Source: Candidatus Thorarchaeota archaeon (GTDB taxonomy: Archaea > Asgardarchaeota > Thorarchaeia > Thorarchaeales > Thorarchaeaceae). From it: a stretch of 64,000 nucleotides of DNA. The DNA lies in contig JBHLQH010000002.1 of NCBI GenBank assembly GCA_048884965.1, positions 1 to 64,000 on the forward strand, read 5' to 3'. This document shows, piece by piece, positions 30,802 through 39,036 of this stretch. The translations under genes and the position numbers were made by a program. The notes beneath the pieces are model-generated. The model saw only the letters and a program-made list of their open reading frames with translations. It ran no database searches and was not told where the DNA came from. Positions within the stretch are counted from its first letter, which is position 1; each line of letters starts with the position of its first letter.

Positions 30802-31341
30802 ATGTCACGAGAAATCGAAGCTGCAATATTCGAAGCGCTTGCACATCCAGCAAGACGGGATGTCATTCGGCTTGTCGCATATGGTGAAAATGGAACATCG
30901 TATACTGAGATCCTGACTGAACTTCGCCTCTCAACAGGCAGGTTAAACTACCATCTCAAGCAATTGGATGGTTTTATCGAAAAGGACGAACGTTTACGAT
31001 ATCACTTGACTCCTCTTGGAGAACGCGCAATGGATCTTGTTAATTCTCTTGAAAAGGAAGACCAAAACAAGCTGAAGGAATATGTAAAGACTACAACAAA
31101 GCCATCATTGATGCCAACACTAAAGGCAATCATCATAATTCAGATGGTTGTTGTACTCGCGCCAATTGTTGTTGTAAGCAATCTGCTTTACATCGAGATT
31201 ACAACAGGTGGCTCTGTTGAACAGTTGCTCATACTGACATTTTTCTTAGGAGTTGCCATCGCGTTATTCCTATGGTTGGGCTATGCAATCAAGAATGTAC
31301 CTGGTTTCCTGAAAGTATTGGAGAGAAGAATCTATGACTGA
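30802..31341 (+). CDS. ArsR-family winged-helix regulator with two C-terminal TM helices
   Basis: IFEALAHPARRDVI, SYTEI, STGRLNYHLKQL, Y.LTPLG, followed by two hydrophobic helices. Confidence 0.85.
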   Translation: MSREIEAAIFEALAHPARRDVIRLVAYGENGTSYTEILTELRLSTGRLNYHLKQLDGFIEKDERLRYHLTPLGERAMDLVNSLEKEDQNKLKEYVKTTTKPSLMPTLKAIIIIQMVVVLAPIVVVSNLLYIEITTGGSVEQLLILTFFLGVAIALFLWLGYAIKNVPGFLKVLERRIYD

Positions 31342-32089
31342 ATTGGCGATTGTTGCTGAAGACATCAGTGTGGTATCCAAGGATTCCTCAACCTCTGATA
31401 CTGTAGGTAGATCAAGAAAGAGATACTATGGAATAGCAGTTCTATATCTTCTACTCTTTGGGGTCTTCCTTATTCTCATGAGTGTCGGAGATAATTCTTC
31501 ACTACCCCTAGCATTGCCATTTCTCTTTGTTCTTTTATTCTATGAAGCGAAGAAGGGTGAGAAGCCCTTTGAAGGACTTGGACTCAAGAGGGGCAAAATC
31601 CAGAGAGAGATTGGCATTGGAATTGTCGTAGGACTGGCAATCGCTGTGGTAACTTACTATTCATTGATATGGAGCGTATTGTCCGGTCAGGCTAGTGGGG
31701 ATCCAGGCAGTTCTTTTGTATTCGCGAGTGGATTTCCATTTCCAATCAATCTCATCCTAGAAATTGCGTATATATTCGCGTTCTTGACACCTGCAGAAGA
31801 GATCCTGTTCAGGGGCTTTATCCAAGGTGCTGTAGAGCGACGAACATCACGTGCAATCGCGATATTCGTACAATCAGGAATCTTTGGACTCTTACATGTT
31901 GCGATTATCCTTCCATTCTTACCTTTCCTATTTTGTCTAGCATATGGCTTCTCAGCGGCAATGGCGGCCGTTGTCTTTGGAATAATGTATGCTTGGAGAG
32001 ATGGAAATGTAATTGCATGCTGGACCAGTCACGGAGTAGTGAATTCAGTCGCAGCCGCCATTGTGATTGTATCCCTATACATGTTGTAA
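31334..32089 (+). CDS. CPBP (Abi/CAAX type II) intramembrane glutamic/metalloprotease
   Basis: AEEILFRG, FGLLH and HGVVN motifs; multiple TM helices; overlaps the regulator stop by 8 nt. Confidence 0.88.
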   Translation: MTELAIVAEDISVVSKDSSTSDTVGRSRKRYYGIAVLYLLLFGVFLILMSVGDNSSLPLALPFLFVLLFYEAKKGEKPFEGLGLKRGKIQREIGIGIVVGLAIAVVTYYSLIWSVLSGQASGDPGSSFVFASGFPFPINLILEIAYIFAFLTPAEEILFRGFIQGAVERRTSRAIAIFVQSGIFGLLHVAIILPFLPFLFCLAYGFSAAMAAVVFGIMYAWRDGNVIACWTSHGVVNSVAAAIVIVSLYML

Positions 32090-32111
32090 TGAATGTTGAA
32101 ATCGTAACAAG

Positions 32112-32147
32112 GGATTGAAGAATTGCATGATAGGAATCCTTCAATCC
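32112..32147. terminator. hairpin between convergent CPBP and DUF3160 genes
   Basis: GGATTGAAG...CTTCAATCC inverted repeat followed by a T-rich tract on the + strand. Confidence 0.4.
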
Positions 32148-32270
32148 TAACGTTCTTTTGTTAAGGGAACTAAACCAATCCCAGCATTATTACTTTATAC
32201 CAACAACTGTCAAATCTCTAAAAGACCCTCTGTTCCCACAGAGCGTAGAGGGAAAATGGATATACACCAT

Positions 32271-34583
32271 TCAATCCATGAGGAACTTATGTAGCAGTTG
32301 AACGCTTGCTTGAGAGCACTCTTGCTGCCGGGTCCTTTGAGCTGAATCAGTGAGAGCCGAAATCAACATACTTGATTCAGAGCAAACCACAGTCGTCGCA
32401 ATGTCATTTTCCATGATGAAAGAACTTGTCCATTCTGGCATATCGGGAGCGTCCCCAGAATCCAGAAGCTCCCACCAAGCCTCATCAGTCAGTCTATTCT
32501 CCATAGACCGGGTGAACTCATAGTAAGAATAGATTGCACCCCTTGTAAGATATGGCTCCCCATCAGATGTGGGAACAGCTACATAGATCACCAGTGGATT
32601 CCCGGTCGCTTCCTGCAGGACAGTACTTGAATTTGGATCAGTGTGCACATCGGTCACGAGTGCTGCTTTTCCTCCATCCCCATCAAAGCCTTCGATCCGG
32701 CTTAGTATGCCTCCTATACTCTTCAGAAAGTCGTCATCGGTGGAATTGAATGCGATTCCGGAGAGTTCCTTTATCGAGATAGCCTGAAGAGTCAGGAGGG
32801 TGTCATGAAGATCCTCAAGAGTTGAGAGTAGGTCCTCATTGAGGTCGACCCTACTTTCAAGGCCATCAACCATCATTCTACACAAAGAAGCGAGCCGTGC
32901 ATAAAGATCGGGGAATGGTTCCACATACCCTTTGGGAACAGAGGGCATTCCATAAGTGTAACTGTATGATTGCTTCGCGTATAAGATAGTGTCATGCCGC
33001 AGTTCAGTCCATGTCGCCAGAGCGGTCATCAACTGCTTCTCCGTCCACCCTGTGTCGCGCATGAATGCTGGATATCCTACATCTCGTTCGACAAGCAAGG
33101 GTAGGAACGAGTAGCACCATAGCCAGTAGAGATTCTGTTGCCATGTCGTGTTATCCATCTCAGAGATGCTTTCTCGTAATAGATCCATCTGGCTGATGTA
33201 GTTCTCATATGCTTTCTGATCATCAAGAAGGGTCCACGCCAAGTCGGACCCAAAGGCAGCCATTACATCTAGACCTTTAGGCATGAGCCGTGGATTAAGT
33301 AAAGTGCCAACATTAGAATACACAAGCTGCCCTAGTACATAACTGTCGGGAACGAACCTCTGGCCCATAAAGCGAAAACCCTTCGTATTGATTTCAACGT
33401 GAGCAGTATCAATCAACCATCCAGATAGGATCTTTGGGTCTCGGCATTCTAGCGCAGTAGATATGAATGTGTCAAGTAGGGTCTCATTCGCCAATGAGTC
33501 TGGGTCCGAGCTATTGCCAAATACCTCGTGTATGATGATGTTGTACTCAAAGGGGGAGAGGTCATCGCTCGCACCAACGAAGAAGCTAGTGATATCATAG
33601 ATTGACTTCCAATTGCTCTGGGAAAGTCCAATATCAGGCATAACAGTTGATTCTCGGAATAGAGCCAAAGTCGCCAAAATGGCTTGACGAGTTTCTGCTC
33701 TTCCCAGATCTCGGTTCTGCTCTTGTGTCAGTTCCATCTCGGCGGGTAGAAGACGAAAACCTACTCGACCATACCACACCATCGCTTTGAAGAAGCGCTC
33801 AAGAGATTCCGATTCCGTATAGTGTCCACGGGGGATGTACTGGGAGAAGTCCTCCTTCTGATGCATGAACCAATTATTGCTGAAACCTGCTGCAGAATTG
33901 ATAAGAGTAAGGACTGCTTGTACATCCTCAGCTACAAGCGAGGAAACGTTCCACTGAGGATTGAGGAGTTTTGTCGCTACAGAGAAGAAAGCTATGTTCC
34001 GATATGCAGCTTCTTTGACCGCAGGATCAGATACCTCATCATATAGGCATTGTGAGGCTTCGGCCTGATGCTTTGAGAGAAGTGCAAGCTGATCATTGAG
34101 TGTGTTGTTCTCGATGGTTCGTAAAGCGATGTCATAGAGAGTATGATACGCATGAAGGACAGCGTCTGTCGTCACGAAGGATGGTACTTCATACTCGTGA
34201 TTGATACTGTAGATAGTATGGAATTGGGATACATGAGACCCCGGGACCGCGTAGTACTTTTCTGCGATCTCGGACTCGATCGCGTCACTCCAAGAGCCAT
34301 ATTGCTTTGTGATGAAGTCCTCAAGGTTCAGAACATTCGATAGGTCAGGTTCCAAATAGTACTCAGGCGCATCTGGTGAAAAAGGAAGTTCATAGTCAAC
34401 ATACTCGGCGAATGATGCTGGCACCAAATCAGTACCGAGATCATCAGGATTCGGTAGTCCATCAGGATTTGCGAACAATCCAAAATAGAGTCCAAGCGAA
34501 ATGCCAACAGATCCAGTGATCAGTATTGTGATAATAATAGCTGATTGGACTCTTCTAGATACACCAGTGTTAGTAGTCATCAC
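32271..34583 (-). CDS. DUF3160 domain-containing membrane-anchored protein
   Basis: PSFVTTDAVLH.YH, DFSQYIPRGHYT, F.AMVWYGR, FRFMGQRF.PD, TALATWTELRHDTILYAKQSY, DVHT, SYYEF, RLTDEAW; N-terminal TM. Confidence 0.9.
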   Translation of the reverse strand: MMTTNTGVSRRVQSAIIITILITGSVGISLGLYFGLFANPDGLPNPDDLGTDLVPASFAEYVDYELPFSPDAPEYYLEPDLSNVLNLEDFITKQYGSWSDAIESEIAEKYYAVPGSHVSQFHTIYSINHEYEVPSFVTTDAVLHAYHTLYDIALRTIENNTLNDQLALLSKHQAEASQCLYDEVSDPAVKEAAYRNIAFFSVATKLLNPQWNVSSLVAEDVQAVLTLINSAAGFSNNWFMHQKEDFSQYIPRGHYTESESLERFFKAMVWYGRVGFRLLPAEMELTQEQNRDLGRAETRQAILATLALFRESTVMPDIGLSQSNWKSIYDITSFFVGASDDLSPFEYNIIIHEVFGNSSDPDSLANETLLDTFISTALECRDPKILSGWLIDTAHVEINTKGFRFMGQRFVPDSYVLGQLVYSNVGTLLNPRLMPKGLDVMAAFGSDLAWTLLDDQKAYENYISQMDLLRESISEMDNTTWQQNLYWLWCYSFLPLLVERDVGYPAFMRDTGWTEKQLMTALATWTELRHDTILYAKQSYSYTYGMPSVPKGYVEPFPDLYARLASLCRMMVDGLESRVDLNEDLLSTLEDLHDTLLTLQAISIKELSGIAFNSTDDDFLKSIGGILSRIEGFDGDGGKAALVTDVHTDPNSSTVLQEATGNPLVIYVAVPTSDGEPYLTRGAIYSYYEFTRSMENRLTDEAWWELLDSGDAPDMPEWTSSFIMENDIATTVVCSESSMLISALTDSAQRTRQQECSQASVQLLHKFLMD

Positions 34584-34625
34584 TCACTATCACCAAACCA
34601 CGATGTATGTTGAAACCTCAAAGAT

Positions 34626-34651
34626 TACTTATCCGTAAAGACTGATAAGTA
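34626..34651. promoter_or_regulatory. inverted repeat in the DUF3160/LLM divergent promoter
   Basis: TACTTATC-N10-GATAAGTA. Confidence 0.35.
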
Positions 34652-34783
34652 TAGATTTGTGCGCGAATGAACACATAAAATCAAGCTTTTCGCCTCCTTT
34701 GACCAATCAGAGAATTGCGTTGATGAGCTTTGTTTATTATTATCCAATGTGAATCTCAATGTATTGCCTATTTGGTGAGTGCA

Positions 34784-35767
34784 ATGAGAATTGGCATCTG
34801 CATCGAACTTCATATAGGGTATACCTACGATGATATCGTCACTTTAGCCAAAGCTGCAGAAAAGGCGGGGTTTGACCAATTCGCTGTTTCTGATCATTTC
34901 TTCGGATGGATTGCTGGCACAGAGCTTGAGTGCTATGAGGCATGGACAACTCTAGCTTTATTGACTCCTCAAACCGAGAAGATTCGTCTTGGCACATGGG
35001 TCACTTCGCAATCTTATCGTAATCCAGCTCTTCTTGCGAAGATAGTTGCGAATCTGGACAATGCATCCAATGGAAGAATCGATCTTGGTATTGGTGCAGG
35101 GTGGAAAAAGCCGGAGTACGAGGCATATGGCTATGAGTTTCCTTCTGCAAAGACAAGGATTCTCCAACTCAGAGAAGCATTGCAAATCCTCAATCTCCTT
35201 TGGACAGAGGAACGTCCTAGCTTTGAGGGTGAGTTCTATAGGATCAAGGAAACGATGTTCCTCCCAAAACCCGTTCAAACCCCTCGTGTTCCGATTTGGA
35301 TAGGAACGGAAAATCTCAAGGCACCTATGATGGAAGAAACTGCGGCTAGGTTTGCAGACGGTCTGGACTATATCAAAGGCTCACCAGCAGAATATGTACA
35401 AAAGAAAGAACGCATGAGAGAAATGTGTGAAAAGGTTGGCCGCAACTATGAGGACCTAAGTTGGTCTACAGGACTCATGGTAGCAGTTCTCGGTGAAGAT
35501 GAAGACGATTTTGAAAATAGGAAACGAAACGTGGCGACTCAAGCATGGCCTCATAAGGTATTCACAGATGAACAAAAGGCAAAGATGTTAGATGCTGGCT
35601 GTCAGCAAGATCTCGCGGGACCGCCTGAGAAGGTCATCGAAAGATTACGTCAATACAAGGAACATGTGGACTTTCTTAGCATCGGACTACCTTTCGTTGG
35701 GGATGTTCGAAAGAATGGTCTAGATACCATTCGGATTCTCAAAGATTTCATCATATCAAAGATTTGA
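34784..35767 (+). CDS. LLM-class (luciferase-like) flavin/F420-dependent oxidoreductase
   Basis: AEKAGFD...SDHF, EAWTTL, IRLGT.VT..YRNPALLAK, SNGRI.LGIGAGW...EY.AYG, PKPVQ.P..PIWIG. Start moved to 34784. Confidence 0.9.
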   Translation: MRIGICIELHIGYTYDDIVTLAKAAEKAGFDQFAVSDHFFGWIAGTELECYEAWTTLALLTPQTEKIRLGTWVTSQSYRNPALLAKIVANLDNASNGRIDLGIGAGWKKPEYEAYGYEFPSAKTRILQLREALQILNLLWTEERPSFEGEFYRIKETMFLPKPVQTPRVPIWIGTENLKAPMMEETAARFADGLDYIKGSPAEYVQKKERMREMCEKVGRNYEDLSWSTGLMVAVLGEDEDDFENRKRNVATQAWPHKVFTDEQKAKMLDAGCQQDLAGPPEKVIERLRQYKEHVDFLSIGLPFVGDVRKNGLDTIRILKDFIISKI

Positions 35768-35915
35768 CATAAGAAATCGTGATTTGACCTGAATCTTATC
35801 CACTCATCGCCGATGAAGAAGGGGACAATCACCGAAGTCGTTCAGACAAGGCTATAAGGCGACAAATTGCAGTAGGGGTTTGAAGGCGTAAGCGTCATGA
35901 TGAGGTCTGAGAACA

Positions 35916-37214
35916 TTGCTTTCTCCAACGGAACAAAAACAGTCAGCAGAGGGTATCATAGGCAGAGAGCCCTCCGTTCGACGATCGTTCCTGGGCCTCA
36001 ATAGCATTCTTTGGCGAATCGCAATTATCACTGGAATATCCCAATTCTCGGTCAGCGTCTGGGCATGGGAATTCGCACTCTTTCTTGAGCCAATACTCGA
36101 TCCATTCCGGATAGGTCTAACATTCTCTGCAGGTACATTTGCAGCTCTACTTGGATATCCAATTGCGGGAGCGATATCAGACCTCTTTGGCAGAAAGAAT
36201 ACTTTAATCGCATCATATATTCCGCAATTCATTGGACTCATTATTCTGTTCACGTACCCGATTTGGCCCTTGGTCCCCTTGGCGTATGGTATTCATTCCT
36301 TTGGATGGAGCTTTGTGATTATGATTTCGAGGGCAATGCCTGCGGATGAAATAGTCCAGCTGACAGATCCAAACTCCTCTCGGTTGTTCACTATGGTGTT
36401 GTTGCCCTCATTCCTTATCGATGGGATTAGTCCTATTGCAGCCGTCATGCTTCTGAATCTTGGTTTGACTGTCAACATCCTTCTCTTAGTAGGTGCATTG
36501 ACGACCTTCGCTTCTATGATACTTTCTTTCATCTTTGTCAAGGAAACCTTGAAAGAAAGCATTGAGAATACCAAAAAGGAACCACACATCCCTCTTCGAC
36601 AGCTTGGACAGTCCTTTTGGAAGTTCACTGTAGGAATGATAGGATACACATTAGCTTGGGGCATGACAATTCCGTACTATGGAATCCTCTGTGTGGGTGA
36701 ATGGGGAGTAAGTCTTGAATTCTACGGGCTTACATGGAGCGCATTCTCCCTCGCAACTGTTTTGGTGATGTATTCAGTTAGTGGATTCACAGGGAAGCAT
36801 CTGAAGCGCGTGATGACCTTCGGATTGCTGTCGAATGCATTGATCATGATTTCCTTAGGGGTTGGCACTGGTCCTTGGCTCTTGCTTTTGCTCAATATCA
36901 TATGGGCAGTCCCGATTATCATCTGGATAACTGCAGAGCGGATGCTATCAATCAATGGAGTGCCCAATGAGATGAAAGGGAGAGCTCTTGGGGTCTATCA
37001 ATTAGTGATGTCGATCACTGGTCTCATCGCTGCACCAATAGGAGCTTGGTTGTGGGTGCTCTTTGGGAGCCAACGAGTACTTTGGGTCATTTCTGGAATT
37101 CTAGCGACCGCATTCACATTGGTCGTATGGAAGACTGTGCCAAAAGTGAAGTCAAACCAAAACCTAAAGAAAGATATCACCAAGAAACAATTATCACAAG
37201 CGATTTCTCAGTAG
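35916..37214 (+). CDS. MFS transporter
   Basis: GAISDLFGRK motif A; about 12 TM helices; P.EMKGRA.G. Confidence 0.88.
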   Translation: MLSPTEQKQSAEGIIGREPSVRRSFLGLNSILWRIAIITGISQFSVSVWAWEFALFLEPILDPFRIGLTFSAGTFAALLGYPIAGAISDLFGRKNTLIASYIPQFIGLIILFTYPIWPLVPLAYGIHSFGWSFVIMISRAMPADEIVQLTDPNSSRLFTMVLLPSFLIDGISPIAAVMLLNLGLTVNILLLVGALTTFASMILSFIFVKETLKESIENTKKEPHIPLRQLGQSFWKFTVGMIGYTLAWGMTIPYYGILCVGEWGVSLEFYGLTWSAFSLATVLVMYSVSGFTGKHLKRVMTFGLLSNALIMISLGVGTGPWLLLLLNIIWAVPIIIWITAERMLSINGVPNEMKGRALGVYQLVMSITGLIAAPIGAWLWVLFGSQRVLWVISGILATAFTLVVWKTVPKVKSNQNLKKDITKKQLSQAISQ

Positions 37215-37272
37215 GTGATGCGAGAAAGTCAAGTACCGCTGCTGCAATCATCAGCAACAATGATGAAATGAT

Positions 37273-38250
37273 ATGGGGTGCGAGGAGTCTGCAATGGATA
37301 GGAATGAGAAAATAGCCAGTATCATTTGTTTCATGTGGCTAGTAAATCTCACACTTGGAGTATCTTTCATACCCAACGACCTATTCATCATCATTCTAGC
37401 CCTCACCTCGATACCAATGCCCATCGTATTAGTGGTTCTAGTCCCATTGATGTTTGGAGATACAGATTCTAGCAAGAACATAGAAGGAATTATTGTATCT
37501 GATACTGATCAAACTTCAATATACCTTCGAGAGATAATTGATGATACCAAAACCGAGTACATAGAGATTTGTGACAACAATAGACTCAGTTCGATTGACT
37601 TAGCACCTCTTGAAAACTTGAGCAATCTACTTGTGCTCAATCTCAGTGGTAATGATCTAAATTCAGTCGATCTCTCACCTTTGCGAAATTGTGTGAATTT
37701 GACTGAGCTACTCATCATTGGAAATAACATTAGAGAAGTGAACCTGGCACCTTTGAGCGCATGTGTATCACTGAAGATTTTGAACCTTGCTGGGAATGCA
37801 ATAGATGTACTCGATCTTAGGCCATTATCAACGTGTACGAAACTAGAAGCATTAATTCTAGATGGTAATCAGCTCGCGAATCTGGATCTTAGTCCATTGA
37901 GTGCGTGTCAGAATCTAAGAGTACTTTCACTATCTAATTTGAATCTACAGTCTATCGACTTGAAACCACTAATCGCATGTACGAAATTAGAAGGACTAGT
38001 TCTATCGCAGAATAATCTCTCATCAATTGATCTTTCACCGTTTCTTCAAATAGGAACACTGGAATATCTGGATGTCACAGACAATAGATTGGATAAATTG
38101 GATATTACACATCTCCTGAGATGCCTAAATCTTCAGACTCTAAGGGTTGATGATATTCCACTGATTCAGAGAGTGGAGTGTCTACGGCCCTACTCAAAAG
38201 GTCTTGGCAAACATAAGGGAAAGATTCGACACACATATTTGGAGAAATAA
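37273..38250 (+). CDS. membrane-anchored leucine-rich-repeat protein
   Basis: Two N-terminal TM helices, then about nine 22-aa LxxLxLxxNxLxx(I/L)DLxPLxxC repeats. Confidence 0.88.
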   Translation: MGCEESAMDRNEKIASIICFMWLVNLTLGVSFIPNDLFIIILALTSIPMPIVLVVLVPLMFGDTDSSKNIEGIIVSDTDQTSIYLREIIDDTKTEYIEICDNNRLSSIDLAPLENLSNLLVLNLSGNDLNSVDLSPLRNCVNLTELLIIGNNIREVNLAPLSACVSLKILNLAGNAIDVLDLRPLSTCTKLEALILDGNQLANLDLSPLSACQNLRVLSLSNLNLQSIDLKPLIACTKLEGLVLSQNNLSSIDLSPFLQIGTLEYLDVTDNRLDKLDITHLLRCLNLQTLRVDDIPLIQRVECLRPYSKGLGKHKGKIRHTYLEK

Positions 38251-38284
38251 CCAAAGAAAACTGATTCAACGAGGTGGTTTTCTT

Positions 38285-38872
38285 ATGACGGAGGAGATTA
38301 GACCAGTCAAGCTCACGAAGAGAGATACCTACACTGTCAAGACTCTCTTGAATGACCTGAAGAAACTAAGACTAACTCCTAATTCCCTCTATATTGTCGG
38401 AAACGAAGTCCTTTACTTCGAATGGACCGAAGCTGTCAATAACCTAGGTAGGGAAGACCCGATAGCAGCATACTTACAGGAACTACTTACCTTCATGGAG
38501 AGCGATTATGAAGATCGCCTTGTCGAGGGTGATATCCGAAGAGAGGACGATACCATTGGAGCGACATTCACAAGCTATCTGAAGGATACACCTTCTGAGT
38601 TTCAATCCTACACACTTGAAAGATCGGGTGAGTTCATTCGAGGTGTTCTTATGGCGGCGCAATCGCAGAGTATGAGAGACCTGCATCGATATGCAAAGAT
38701 AGAACAAAGCTTGCGGAAACGTCTAGAGGAAAAACCCAAGGATCCAGATCTCTGGAATGAGATGCGGATTGCATTGTGGATTCAAGGCAAGTATGAAGAA
38801 GCCAGCGAGGCGCACAAGAAGGCAAAGAAGCTTGGTTGGGATAGAAGGAAGTCGAAGACCGTTGGTGTCTGA
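38285..38872 (+). CDS. hypothetical protein with C-terminal TPR
   Basis: PKDPDLWNEMRIALWIQGKYEEASEAHKKAKKL; ATG 38285 preceded by GAGGTG. Confidence 0.65.
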   Translation: MTEEIRPVKLTKRDTYTVKTLLNDLKKLRLTPNSLYIVGNEVLYFEWTEAVNNLGREDPIAAYLQELLTFMESDYEDRLVEGDIRREDDTIGATFTSYLKDTPSEFQSYTLERSGEFIRGVLMAAQSQSMRDLHRYAKIEQSLRKRLEEKPKDPDLWNEMRIALWIQGKYEEASEAHKKAKKLGWDRRKSKTVGV

Positions 38873-39036
38873 TTCTATTTGAAGAATTCAATACAAGAGT
38901 TACAGATTTTAGGCAAAAGCTCAATTATCTATACAGAATCATCCATTTGATTGTACTTGACAGCTAATTTAGTTTCCAAATGTCTTTTATATGAGTCTTT
39001 TTTTTCCTAATTTGTTCGCTTGAAGGAGATCTATGG

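Noticed and set aside
32085-32150. SECIS-like element after the CPBP gene
   Set aside because: No neighbouring ORF needs UGA recoding and the spacing does not fit; better explained as a terminator hairpin.
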